Shown here: positions 49,022 through 58,883 of the stretch, piece by piece | Numbering within the stretch: the stretch's first letter is position 1 | Layout: every line of letters starts with the position of its first letter | Position numbers and translations under genes: made by a program | The notes under the pieces: generated by a model | What the model was told of the DNA's origin: nothing | Database searches by the model: none | Seen by the model: only the letters and a program-made list of their open reading frames with translations | Source: an uncultured bacterium | Lineage (GTDB): Bacteria > Krumholzibacteriota > Krumholzibacteriia > Krumholzibacteriales > WJIX01 | Assembly: GCA_964554125.1 (NCBI GenBank) | Contig: CAZKNG010000002.1 | Coordinates: forward strand, 3,785-67,784 | Reading direction: 5' to 3' | DNA length: 64,000 bases

Positions 49022-49539
49022 TCCTGAACTGTATTCGATAGAATTCCGTTTACTAAATCCGTATAGATATTGTCTAAGGCTTTTTCGTAATTCTGTTCTA
49101 CAGTTCCGCTTGATTCAAGATAATAATCTCCATGCGATTTAATTATCTTGTTTTCCCATACATATTCATTTTTCTTCTGATTAAACAGAGAAACCCTTAA
49201 TCCTATTATTAATCTGTATTGTTCCGCCTGGATGTTTTCAGTTGAGTTTTTGGAAAAAGTAAAGGGATCATTCCTGTATTCAACGATCTTCCCCTCCAGA
49301 ATAGCATCGGCGTCCTGGTCGGAAACTACTTTCAGCGTATTATCTTCGATTAGTCCGTCAATAATCCTCTGTGTTATTTCTATCTCAATATTAGGCTCCG
49401 GTGTTTCATTATCTAAATATGGAACACTGACATATTCGATATCACCTGCTGTTCTGCTGGTTGTACTGTAATATCCGCATGATGACAGAGAAACAAAGAT
49501 TATGGCTGATGCAATTGTTATCGACCTTAGTGTTAACAT
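49015..49539 (-). CDS. Lipoprotein, LptE-like (putative LPS-assembly lipoprotein)
   Basis: Lipobox VSLSSCG; size (174 aa) and position immediately upstream of holA as for lptE in the proteobacterial leuS-lptE-holA cluster; sequence similarity not verifiable. Confidence 0.45.
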   Translation of the reverse strand: MLTLRSITIASAIIFVSLSSCGYYSTTSRTAGDIEYVSVPYLDNETPEPNIEIEITQRIIDGLIEDNTLKVVSDQDADAILEGKIVEYRNDPFTFSKNSTENIQAEQYRLIIGLRVSLFNQKKNEYVWENKIIKSHGDYYLESSGTVEQNYEKALDNIYTDLVNGILSNTVQDW

Positions 49540-49559
49540 TTACGTTCTACCTTCTGTTT

Positions 49560-50969
49560 TTATTGGGTAAAATCCAGATTTTTCAGTCTATAACGTAATT
49601 TATCTCGATTTAAACGAAGTAACTTTGACGCTCTGGACTGATTATTATCTGACTCTTCCATAGCTTTCCTGATCAAGTCCCTTTCTAATGATTTGATCAA
49701 ATCTTCAAACGGGACGCCTTCTTCTGTGAAAGGTTTACTCAGAGCGGTTTCTATCTTATGCAGGATTTTATTTTTGCCATCTATCCTGGCAATATTATCT
49801 GTTATATTGCTCGGAAGGTGTTCAATCTTTAGAACCTCGTCGTCTTCCAGCAGCACGATCCTTTCTACAGCATTTTTAAGTTCTCTAATATTACCCGGCC
49901 ATTTATATTGAATTATTGCTTCAAAGGCTTCATCGCTAATATCCTTAAAATTCTTGTTAAACTGCTTGTTAAATCTATTTAAGAAGTGCTTTATAAAGTT
50001 ATACAAATCTTCTTTTCTTTCTCGTAATGGAGGAATATTTATTGGGACCACCTTCAACCTGTAGTAGAGGTCTTTTCTGAACTCATTTTTCTCTACGGCT
50101 TCTTCAAGGTCTCTGTTTGTAGCTGAAATAATCCGTACATCAACACTAAGGTCTTTTGTCCCTCCTACTCTTCTGAATGTCATCTTCTCCAATACTCTTA
50201 GAAACTTAACCTGAATTGTCTTACTCATTTCTCCTATCTCATCGAGAAAAAGTGTTCCGTTATTTGTTAACTCCAGCAGGCCTCTTTTTCTTTCTTTTGC
50301 GTCGGTAAATGCCCCCCTTTCATGTCCGAAAAGTTCGCTTTCGAGTAATTCTTCAGGTAGGGACGCGCAGTTTACTTCCATAAACGCCTTATCCCTTCTT
50401 TTGCTGAAATTATGAATCATATTTGCGATTATTTCTTTTCCCGTTCCGCTCTCACCCTGAATCAGCACTGTTGTTGTTCCGCTGCCTGCTACTGTTTTTA
50501 CTGTTTTGTATATCTTGTTCATTTTGTCACTGGTACTCGGCACATAGTTTTTACCAAAATCCAGGTCAACGCGTCTTCTGAGATTAATAAGCTCCCGGTT
50601 TATTCTTTGAGAATCAAGTCCCTTTTCAACAACGAAAAGCAACTGTTCCAGATTTACGGGTTTAGTTATGAAATCAAATGCTCCTCTCCGCATTGCTGAA
50701 ACCGCTGTTTTAATATCCCCGAAAGCTGTAAGCATAATAATAGTGATCTCCGGATAATCCTTCTTTATTTTTTCCAGCACTTCCATTCCATTAATATCGG
50801 GAAGCTTCAGGTCGAGAATAACCAGATCAGGAAGTTCTTTCTCAACAATCTGTAAAGCATCAGTGCCATTTGCCGCTGAGAAAGTCTCATATCCGTCATC
50901 TTTGAGGGTTTTTTCCAAAAACATCCTGATGGTATTTTCATCGTCAACTAGAAGAACCACAGGTTTCAC
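49560..50969 (-). CDS. Sigma-54-dependent response regulator (NtrC family: REC + AAA+ sigma54-interaction + Fis-type HTH)
   Basis: REC VLLVDDE..DLVILDLKLPDINGMEVL; Walker A GESGTGKE; GAFTDA (GAFTGA) motif ESELFGHERGAFTDA; C-terminal HTH. Confidence 0.9.
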   Translation of the reverse strand: MKPVVLLVDDENTIRMFLEKTLKDDGYETFSAANGTDALQIVEKELPDLVILDLKLPDINGMEVLEKIKKDYPEITIIMLTAFGDIKTAVSAMRRGAFDFITKPVNLEQLLFVVEKGLDSQRINRELINLRRRVDLDFGKNYVPSTSDKMNKIYKTVKTVAGSGTTTVLIQGESGTGKEIIANMIHNFSKRRDKAFMEVNCASLPEELLESELFGHERGAFTDAKERKRGLLELTNNGTLFLDEIGEMSKTIQVKFLRVLEKMTFRRVGGTKDLSVDVRIISATNRDLEEAVEKNEFRKDLYYRLKVVPINIPPLRERKEDLYNFIKHFLNRFNKQFNKNFKDISDEAFEAIIQYKWPGNIRELKNAVERIVLLEDDEVLKIEHLPSNITDNIARIDGKNKILHKIETALSKPFTEEGVPFEDLIKSLERDLIRKAMEESDNNQSRASKLLRLNRDKLRYRLKNLDFTQ

Positions 50970-50976
50970 TTTTCTA

Positions 50977-53019
50977 TCACCTTCCGTATTTATCTTGAGG
51001 TAAAGTTATTTTGAAAGTCGTTCCTTCATGTTCTTTGGACAAAACATCGATATTGCCGTGATGCCGCTGAATTATGCTATGAGAGATATATAACCCGAGC
51101 CCCGTCCCTTTCTTATTCTTTGAAAAAAATGGTTCAAATATTTTCTCTATACTTTCTTTGTCAATTCCTTTTCCATTATCGGCAATTTCAACTTTCAATA
51201 TTTTCTTTTTTTCTCTGATATTATGGTCTGTAATCTTCTCATTGTAACTCTTTACTTTCACTTCAACTCTTCCGTCTTTTTCAGTTGCTTCTACGGCGTT
51301 CTTAAAAAGGTTAATTAAGACCTGTATTATCTGATCGGGATCAACCTCCACAGCTCCAACATTATCATCTATCTGCTTATTAAATTCAACACTCTTTTCC
51401 AGATACAGATCCCTGATAGAATTGTAGCTCTTATCAATTAATTCAGAGATATCAGCCTTTTGATATAGAATATCCCTCGGTCTGGCAACTTTGAAGAGAT
51501 CCGTTATAATTCTGTTTAACCTTTCCACTTCACTTAGAATCGAATCTATACTTTTATCCTGCTCTTGTGGATATTTGCCACTTCTTTTGAGGTACTGAAC
51601 CCCCGCCCCTATACCGGCTAATGGATTCCGGATTTCATGGGCGATCGCGGAAGTAAATCTTCCCAGAACAGCGAGTCGGTCAAGGTGACGAATTTCTTCT
51701 TCCATTTTCTTGATGTCACTCAGGTCAACAAAAAGTACTATAGCTCCCTGAACTTTATCCTTTTCACCAAGAAATTGCGATGTAGTCATTCTTATGGGAA
51801 TGTGATATCCGTCAGCTCTTTTCAAATACCCTTCATGAAAATTGAATACACCCTCTCTGCTTAACATATTACTTAGTAAATATTCTTCGTTTTCAATATC
51901 CTTATCGATTATCAGATCAAATACACTTTCCTGTTCAAGTATATCTGTGTCCATTTTGGACATTTCCTTGGCGCTTCTATTTGCGAATGTAATATTCCCT
52001 TCAAGATCTGTAACAAAAAGCCCGTGACTCATACTTTCAAAAACTTTTTCCATAAAGATTTCAGCCTGCCTTAATCCCTGATAAAGCAGCCAATTCTCAA
52101 TATTTGAACTCACCAGAGTTCCTACGGTTTCTACTGTAACCTGATCGATATTTGTCAGTGGTGTCGCCCTGTATCCGTCTGATACAATTAACATTCCCAG
52201 AAGCGGTAGATGGGGACAGGATAAACACCTGTTGTCTGTTAAGTACGGATCATCCCCCGCTTTTCTTTCATGCCGTCCATCCTTCATCAAAAGGCATTTA
52301 TCAGGATCACCACAGGCGATTTTCCCGGAAGAATTCATCATGGGAACACAAATATAAGATGACATCGTACTTCCTGGAAATAGATCTTTTTTTCCAATCT
52401 TTTCAAGAGGGTGCTGCTCCGTATCCCTTATCAGGAAAGATTTTCCTGTTTGTAACGAATTAAATATCGGCCCTTCGAGATTTGAAATATCGAAATTAAG
52501 AATTCTCTTTTTGATCTTATTGTTTTTTTCAATATTAATTACACCCTGAAGTGTCCTTTCCTTTCTGCGCGCGATAATAAAAGCAACTTCTTTGTAACCT
52601 ATCCCATGCATCAGATAATCAAAAACAGATTCTGTAAGTTTTTTTTCATCCAGAGAACTTATAATATTCCTTCCGATCTCTTTTAAACTGAGAAGCTGAA
52701 TATTTTTCTCCACAAGCTTGAATATTGTCCGCTCCAGATCCTTAAGTATTGCCAGTATAGTATTATAAAATATATCTTTTCCCTCTATAATCCCGCTGTC
52801 GACGAATAATCCTTCACTCTTCAAACTGGAAAGCCTATTTTGGATATTCTCAACTTTTTTGCTGTGGTTTCTGTAAGCTGTAACTGTAACTACAGAAATA
52901 TACACTATCCCGCCAAGAAGAATAAACCGCGCAAAAAATGAATGATACGCAAACAGAGCTGCAACTATCATCGTTGTAAAAACAGTAAACAGGAGTAATA
53001 AACTTCTTTTAGAAAACAT
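50977..53019 (-). CDS. Sensor histidine kinase: 2 TM, cytoplasmic Cys-rich GAF-like module, PAS, HisKA, HATPase_c
   Basis: H-box AHEIRNPLAGI, N/G boxes ADNGKGI...GTGLGLYISHSII; PAS-like FESMSHGLFVTDLEGNITFAN; Cys cluster CGDPDKC...C-x2-C. Confidence 0.85.
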   Translation of the reverse strand: MFSKRSLLLLFTVFTTMIVAALFAYHSFFARFILLGGIVYISVVTVTAYRNHSKKVENIQNRLSSLKSEGLFVDSGIIEGKDIFYNTILAILKDLERTIFKLVEKNIQLLSLKEIGRNIISSLDEKKLTESVFDYLMHGIGYKEVAFIIARRKERTLQGVINIEKNNKIKKRILNFDISNLEGPIFNSLQTGKSFLIRDTEQHPLEKIGKKDLFPGSTMSSYICVPMMNSSGKIACGDPDKCLLMKDGRHERKAGDDPYLTDNRCLSCPHLPLLGMLIVSDGYRATPLTNIDQVTVETVGTLVSSNIENWLLYQGLRQAEIFMEKVFESMSHGLFVTDLEGNITFANRSAKEMSKMDTDILEQESVFDLIIDKDIENEEYLLSNMLSREGVFNFHEGYLKRADGYHIPIRMTTSQFLGEKDKVQGAIVLFVDLSDIKKMEEEIRHLDRLAVLGRFTSAIAHEIRNPLAGIGAGVQYLKRSGKYPQEQDKSIDSILSEVERLNRIITDLFKVARPRDILYQKADISELIDKSYNSIRDLYLEKSVEFNKQIDDNVGAVEVDPDQIIQVLINLFKNAVEATEKDGRVEVKVKSYNEKITDHNIREKKKILKVEIADNGKGIDKESIEKIFEPFFSKNKKGTGLGLYISHSIIQRHHGNIDVLSKEHEGTTFKITLPQDKYGR

Positions 53020-53123
53020 ACAGATCCTCTGCTTTCCATAAATCCGGAAAGAAATAGGAATTTTCAGCCTGAACCAGTTCCGGCAATTTCAATTATAAGA
53101 TATTAACTGTAAAAGAAAAGGAA

Positions 53124-53927
53124 TTAATAAGCCCCTTTTCCGGTTAGAATTACCGAGATTGTCTTAATTATAATTTTTGCCTCGGTCAGAAAAGAAAGAC
53201 TCATTATATAGAGAAGATCATATGAAAGTTTTTTCTTCATCAAATCTATCGAATTAGCATATCCTGCCTCGACTTGTGCCAATCCTGTAATTCCAGGTTT
53301 GGTTTTCAACCTCAAAGTAAATTCAGGAATTTCTTTCCGTATACTTTTAATATAAAAGGATCGTTCCGGCCGCGGGCCTATTAAGCTCATATCCCCCCGC
53401 AACACATTTACAAATTGCGGCAATTCATCAATGCGCGTCCTTCGCAGAATTTTCCCGATTCGCGTAATCCTGGAATCGTTCTTTTCCGCTAAAGCTGGCC
53501 CGGATCTTTCCGCGTTCTGTTTCATTGTTCTTAACTTGTACATTGTAAAAGGCTTGCCATAACCGTTCTCTACTCTTCTATCCTTCCTCGAGCGTCTTTC
53601 GAATTTTATCCCGGAATCCCTTCTTCTTCTATCGACCGACCTTCTATTTAAGCCTATTCTCTCCTGGCTGTAGAAAACCGGTCCATTCGATTCAAGTTTT
53701 ATGAGAATAGCTGCTACAGCCAACAGAGGCGACAATAGAACAAGTGCAATAACAGAAAGAATAATATCGAAAACCCTCTTTACCTTTAAATCTGAATCGA
53801 AGATCGGTTTTATCTGCTGAACGTCTCTGGAAAGTACACTTATATTATCCCTGAAAGGATCAATTGAGCGACTTCTTAGTCTTCTTACGGCGACAGGTGC
53901 TGTATTAAGTCTTCTGAATATTGTCAA
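53124..53927 (-). CDS. Undecaprenyl-phosphate sugar phosphotransferase (Bac_transf family, small WcaJ/EpsL type), TTG start, with Arg-rich insertion
   Basis: DIILSVIALVLLSPLL TM, GPVFYSQERIG, KLRTM and IDELPQF..LRGDMSLIGPRPE motifs of PF02397. Confidence 0.85.
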   Translation of the reverse strand: MTIFRRLNTAPVAVRRLRSRSIDPFRDNISVLSRDVQQIKPIFDSDLKVKRVFDIILSVIALVLLSPLLAVAAILIKLESNGPVFYSQERIGLNRRSVDRRRRDSGIKFERRSRKDRRVENGYGKPFTMYKLRTMKQNAERSGPALAEKNDSRITRIGKILRRTRIDELPQFVNVLRGDMSLIGPRPERSFYIKSIRKEIPEFTLRLKTKPGITGLAQVEAGYANSIDLMKKKLSYDLLYIMSLSFLTEAKIIIKTISVILTGKGAY

Positions 53928-54332
53928 ATCTTTTTCCTTTTACTTTCAAAACAAAATATTGACTATTATCATTTAGTAAAACGCAATTTTCATACCAATA
54001 TCTATTGTCTATCATTTCCCGGTTTACCGATCCTTATAAACCAATATAACATCAAGTGTTAATATCAGTTACAAGTTACTAACTCTATATTTGACAAATA
54101 TTGCCCATATGCCGCGTAAGAATATATGGGTAGTTTTACCCATATTAATAAAACCTTTGGTAAATTTTACGCAGGTTGTTTTAAGTCCCTAAATCCATAC
54201 CGGGCTGTTGCTACTTTCATGTTCCTGCTAAAGATGTTACCCATGCCAAATATGTTGGTACTATTATATCATTTTTTAGAAATTAAATCAAGTTCAGGTA
54301 TGAGAGTTTCACCGATTTTTACGCGTTCTTTT

Positions 54333-55298
54333 TCAGTCTGATCCGGCAAATGATATTCTTTGTTCCAATTCGAAATCAGGCGCCGCATTACCGGCCTTGT
54401 CAATAAATATTCCGGTAACAATAAGGTCTGTTCCGGTAAGACTCGAAGGTGGATAAAAATCCCTTTCGTATATACCATCTTGCGCTACATCATCTCCGAA
54501 TCTGTTATTATCGTAAAGTTGGACTGTATCTGAATAACCTTCGATCAATATACCCGCTTCTCCACCCACTTCATTATCTTCTACATTCATTGAAAAATGA
54601 ATCATTTGGCCAATGTCGTAAGGCAAACTGTCAGGTGTAATTGAGACACTGATTATTCTTGAATAAGTATCGAGTATTACAGAGGCGCTTACCGGATATG
54701 ATTCATTACCAAAAGCGTCCTGGAATACAGCGTGGATAATTTTCTCTCCGTCTACATCTTCAATCGTCCAATTTTTAGATTCAACGCAACTTTCCCAACT
54801 TACACCAGCGAATGTTGAATCGTTTGCTATCTTCATAACACTGCAGATCTCGGGAGCGGTTATTTGAATATTTACATCAACGGAATTTGTATAAACTGCC
54901 CCATTATTGATTAATATTGAATAGACTGAAGGCACTCCGCTAATCCAACCGCTTCTGCATCCATCCAGTCCGCTGCTGCCGACACCGGCAATTGAATAAT
55001 AATATTCATTACCATTGAGAACGTTGTCATCGACATAGACTTCATTATCTGTCTCAGAGACAACCCTTTCTTCAGCCAACTGGGTTTTACGAAATACTTT
55101 ATAATGATCGGCATTATTTACGGTTTCCCAGTACAGTGCCAGTTTCCCGTTATCAACCTTAATTGATAAACCCTGCGGCGCTTCAATCTGTTCTTCAGAG
55201 ATGTCAGGAGGAGATATTTCTACGTCATCTAAACATCCAGATACTGAAAAAGCGGAAAATAACATTACTGTAGAAACAAGCAATATTTTTTTATTCAT
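54333..55298 (-). CDS. Exported lipoprotein with fibronectin type III-like domain (function unknown); start at MNKKILL with GGAGG SD
   Basis: Lipobox FSVSGC; FN3-like KVDNGKLALYWETVNNADHYKVFRK segment. Confidence 0.5.
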   Translation of the reverse strand: MNKKILLVSTVMLFSAFSVSGCLDDVEISPPDISEEQIEAPQGLSIKVDNGKLALYWETVNNADHYKVFRKTQLAEERVVSETDNEVYVDDNVLNGNEYYYSIAGVGSSGLDGCRSGWISGVPSVYSILINNGAVYTNSVDVNIQITAPEICSVMKIANDSTFAGVSWESCVESKNWTIEDVDGEKIIHAVFQDAFGNESYPVSASVILDTYSRIISVSITPDSLPYDIGQMIHFSMNVEDNEVGGEAGILIEGYSDTVQLYDNNRFGDDVAQDGIYERDFYPPSSLTGTDLIVTGIFIDKAGNAAPDFELEQRISFAGSD

Positions 55299-55318
55299 AT
55301 TAGTTCGCCTCCGGAAAA

Positions 55319-56431
55319 TCAAAAATTGAAAGCCAGCTCACAACCGGTTGGTGTTACATTGAAAGAATAATTCTTATCCTGGCAATATTGGCTTCCCGGG
55401 AATAATGTGTCGATAATATTCCACCCCCATATGCCGGCAAGTACATACAATGATATATTCCGTTTCTCTTTCGAGTCTTCCACATCCTCCCAAAACAAAG
55501 AAGCCCTGGCAGAGTATTTTCTTCTATCCGCTAAATTAGTAGATGAATTTAACTTACTCAAGCACATGTTGTATTCACTCACATCTTTATTGTATTGATT
55601 GTCCAGATCAAGACTAACGAGGCCCGACAGAACAAAAATCGATGAGAAGAAAACGCCTCTCTTTGTTTTCCCCTGATAAAATTGTCCTCTCCCCGGTCTA
55701 AAAAATGAATACAGCAAGGCCTTTTTCACACTTCTGTTATTCGCCCTGAATCTTATATTTGTTCTATCTGAATATGAATAAAGATCGGGTGGTTTTTCCG
55801 AAAAAATCGGTTCTATCAATTGATAAGCGTATAACGCGGAAGAAAACAGTAAAATCTTTTTTCTGTATTTATTCTGTAAGTTTGCTTTCCTGGAGGTTTC
55901 ATAGGCCAGCTGGTTCAAATCCCTTTTTTCACTGATTGTTTCAGCTTGTGATAAAGCTATATTAATCTCGTCTAATCTATCTTTTAAATCAGTATACTCG
56001 CCCGTTTCGCCGTATAATTTGTATAAAGCCCCTGCTATCGAGAAAAAGTCTACCGCGGCTGCCTGACTCTTACCTCGAAGATATGTGCCATATCCGGGGA
56101 AGACCCCATTCATGAAGCATGTTTCTATTCTTTTACCTCGTATCGATATTTCGCCATCTTTACAGACTGTTAACTTTCCTTCTCTCCTTTCGTATCTTTC
56201 ACCTTCCAGGACGATATCATATTCCTCGGAATATTTAAAATCACAGTATTTAAGCGGAAGAATTGATGACACAATCGAATTTCGCCGAAGGCTTAACTTG
56301 ACTTCTTTTGAATCAGATTCAAAATTAGGGCAGGAGGAATTTGCGGTATCAGGCCCTGCCCTGACCTCAGTGGATAAAATAATTAAAGTGAAAAAAGTCA
56401 TGCTTCTCAGTATCAGGAGTCTCCGTTTCAT
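55319..56431 (-). CDS. Hypothetical exported protein in EPS locus (possible outer-membrane component; C-terminal ...ELAFNF)
   Basis: Signal peptide MKRRLLILRSMTFFTLIILSTEVRAG; no recognised domain; C-terminal aromatic residue. Confidence 0.35.
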   Translation of the reverse strand: MKRRLLILRSMTFFTLIILSTEVRAGPDTANSSCPNFESDSKEVKLSLRRNSIVSSILPLKYCDFKYSEEYDIVLEGERYERREGKLTVCKDGEISIRGKRIETCFMNGVFPGYGTYLRGKSQAAAVDFFSIAGALYKLYGETGEYTDLKDRLDEINIALSQAETISEKRDLNQLAYETSRKANLQNKYRKKILLFSSALYAYQLIEPIFSEKPPDLYSYSDRTNIRFRANNRSVKKALLYSFFRPGRGQFYQGKTKRGVFFSSIFVLSGLVSLDLDNQYNKDVSEYNMCLSKLNSSTNLADRRKYSARASLFWEDVEDSKEKRNISLYVLAGIWGWNIIDTLFPGSQYCQDKNYSFNVTPTGCELAFNF

Positions 56432-56483
56432 AACTTCCCTTCATTGAATATATAATATTCCAGGTAATTACAGGTACATAATT

Positions 56484-57197
56484 TTATTTCTTACTCGGTT
56501 CATGTGAATATCCGTAATACTTATAATCATAATAGTAAGGTAGAACTTCTGAGTGGTTATTTACGACCAGCCCGATAATATCGGCGTCCGCGTCCAGGAG
56601 AATGTTTTTCGCTCGAAGGACTACATCCCGTGGTGTCTTCCCGGCCAGAACAACCATAGCTACTTTGCCCACCGCGCTTGATATCAGCATCGGGTCACTT
56701 ACGGGCAGAACAGGCGGGCTGTCAACAATAACAATGTCGTAATAGAACTTGATCTTTTCAAAAATATTGGTCAGGGCTTCCTTTTCAAAAAGGTGAGATG
56801 GAGATTCGAGCAATTTACCGCTTGTCATAACTTTAAGATTATCTATTTTAGTATCTTTGATAACTTTAAGAGGATCCAGGTTGTCTTTTAAACACTCGGC
56901 AAGACCCGGTTTTTTCGGCACGTTAAAGATTTCATGTATCTTTGCTCTTCTTAGATCAGCGTCCACGATCAAAGATTTCTTTTCTTTGAACCTGGCAACT
57001 GTCAAAGCCAGATGAGAAGCAACCGTGGTTTTCCCTTCCCCTCTGTTCGCGCTTGTTATCATCAAACCGCCAATTGAACCACCTTTTGAATTACTTTGAA
57101 TATTAGAATAGAATCTTCTCATTTCAGTAGCTATAGGACTTTCCTGGTCGAATGTGTTGAAAATAGTTTTACCGGTATCGCTGCTCAATTCTATCAC
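56484..57197 (-). CDS. Bacterial tyrosine kinase (BY-kinase) ATPase domain, CapB/EpsB-type (separate from the PCP transmembrane partner)
   Basis: Walker A SANRGEGKTT, Walker A' LIVDADLRR, Walker B DIVIVDSPP, C-terminal tyrosine cluster YYYDYKYYGY. Confidence 0.85.
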   Translation of the reverse strand: MIELSSDTGKTIFNTFDQESPIATEMRRFYSNIQSNSKGGSIGGLMITSANRGEGKTTVASHLALTVARFKEKKSLIVDADLRRAKIHEIFNVPKKPGLAECLKDNLDPLKVIKDTKIDNLKVMTSGKLLESPSHLFEKEALTNIFEKIKFYYDIVIVDSPPVLPVSDPMLISSAVGKVAMVVLAGKTPRDVVLRAKNILLDADADIIGLVVNNHSEVLPYYYDYKYYGYSHEPSKK

Positions 57198-58861
57198 CCT
57201 TTTACGTTTTCGCTAATACTGATACCTAAACCAGATGATTTGAGTATGTTAGCGTAGTAATAAAGACCTCCGCTTACAACTGATATAAATAAAATAATTC
57301 CTGCTATCCAAATAAATATTCTTCGTCCTCGTTTTTTCTCTTCCCATGAAAAACGGTTAACTGTCTTGGGAAGAGTACATATAACGGGTAATTCCATTAT
57401 CCTTTGTATCTCATCGATTGATCGGAAGGAATCATCGATATACTCAGTTATTAATATTGTTCCCAGGCCACACATAGCTCCGAACATAAAAGAAATAAGA
57501 ATTATTTTAAGTTTATCGGGCTTTACCGGTTTTATCGGTTTCTGAGCCTTTTCAACTATACTGAGATTCAGCCCGAGGTTTGTAGTTTGTATCGCTTCAC
57601 TGATTTGAGCTGAAGCTTTCGACTCGATGAATGCTTGAAGAATCGTTCTGTTATTGTCTACCTGCCGCTGCAACTTTTCATATTCCATGCGCAGAAGAGG
57701 TAATCTGTTCAGATTATTATTATATTGATCTATATATCTATGTAATTTATTCCTCATCGATCTGGTATAGGTCAGACGGTAACGCTGATAAAAATACTCC
57801 GTTATTATGGGATAATAATCCTGGGAAAAGCTCGAATATTCAGTCTGAATAATTGAAGATATCCTTTTTCTCATCCTTTTCCACAGTGTTTGAATTTCAT
57901 CAACATGGGAAGAGAGGTCGGGTTCGGCTGAGATCTCCATTATAATTTTCTCGATCCCTCTTGCATTCAACTGATTTTCAATATTCATAATAATTTCATC
58001 ACTTGAAACATTTTCACTGGTAGGCACCATATCAAACACGGAGACCAGTTTCCTTCTTATTCTATCAAGAGCTATCCTGTTAGTTTCCAGGTCTGCTTCA
58101 AGGTTATTTATTTTGACTTCCGCGACACCGACATTATCGGAATTAACAGGGTTGCTGTGAGAATTAGCATTAGACATCTCTCGCTGGACTCTTGCCAGTT
58201 CCTTCTCGGACATCTCAATCTTCTCTCTATATATTGCCAGTTGCTCATTACTAAAGGTTCCTGCTCTTCTGATTCCTTCCAATTTCTCCTGCCGCATTAC
58301 CTCCAGATATTTCTCGCTGATTTTTGTAGAGAGGATATGACAGTTATCCGGATCAGTATCCAAAACAGATATTTCATAAAGGCCGGGGGCCGGCGAAGAT
58401 ACTGAAATCTTTTTTTTCAGAACACCTATGAGATATCTTTTCAATCGTTCAGTAGGGGAAATATGCGACTCTGTTTTATTTTTTCTATCCGAAATGATTT
58501 TTACGTGATCGCTGCTTATCAACCCTAAATCTTCAATAACAAGACTAAGGAATGAATTACTTGTGATCTTGGTGTTTATTAATTCTCCGTATTGCCTGGT
58601 CCTCAACCGGTTTCTGTTATCTCCCCCGTTTGTAACATACCTGTCAACGGAACCTGCGAGTATTCTTTCCTGGTCCATTGAAAGAATAGTTGAAGATTGA
58701 TATACCGGGGTTAAATACCTTGTTCCGATAATTGCTATTACCGATGATAATATTAAGGGAATAATAAAGAAGTACTTTTTCCTCCATATAATCTTCCAGT
58801 ACTCCTTGAGGTTTACATTATTCTTATCTTCATCAGGAACTATTTTTCTAATGTTTTCCAT
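57194..58861 (-). CDS. Polysaccharide co-polymerase (Wzz/GumC/CapA-like chain-length determinant; 2 TM + long periplasmic coiled-coil)
   Basis: N-terminal TM YFFIIPLILSSVIAIIG followed by Wzz-like PVYQSSTIL; C-terminal TM; overlap with the BY-kinase gene. Confidence 0.75.
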   Translation of the reverse strand: MENIRKIVPDEDKNNVNLKEYWKIIWRKKYFFIIPLILSSVIAIIGTRYLTPVYQSSTILSMDQERILAGSVDRYVTNGGDNRNRLRTRQYGELINTKITSNSFLSLVIEDLGLISSDHVKIISDRKNKTESHISPTERLKRYLIGVLKKKISVSSPAPGLYEISVLDTDPDNCHILSTKISEKYLEVMRQEKLEGIRRAGTFSNEQLAIYREKIEMSEKELARVQREMSNANSHSNPVNSDNVGVAEVKINNLEADLETNRIALDRIRRKLVSVFDMVPTSENVSSDEIIMNIENQLNARGIEKIIMEISAEPDLSSHVDEIQTLWKRMRKRISSIIQTEYSSFSQDYYPIITEYFYQRYRLTYTRSMRNKLHRYIDQYNNNLNRLPLLRMEYEKLQRQVDNNRTILQAFIESKASAQISEAIQTTNLGLNLSIVEKAQKPIKPVKPDKLKIILISFMFGAMCGLGTILITEYIDDSFRSIDEIQRIMELPVICTLPKTVNRFSWEEKKRGRRIFIWIAGIILFISVVSGGLYYYANILKSSGLGISISENVKG

Positions 58862-58883
58862 CTTCTGCCTCTTATCCCTATCG

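Noticed and set aside
54126-54341. 71-aa + ORF in the EPS-locus intergenic gap
   Set aside because: Opposite strand to the whole 15-kb gene block, no SD, composition unlike neighbours; region treated as regulatory instead
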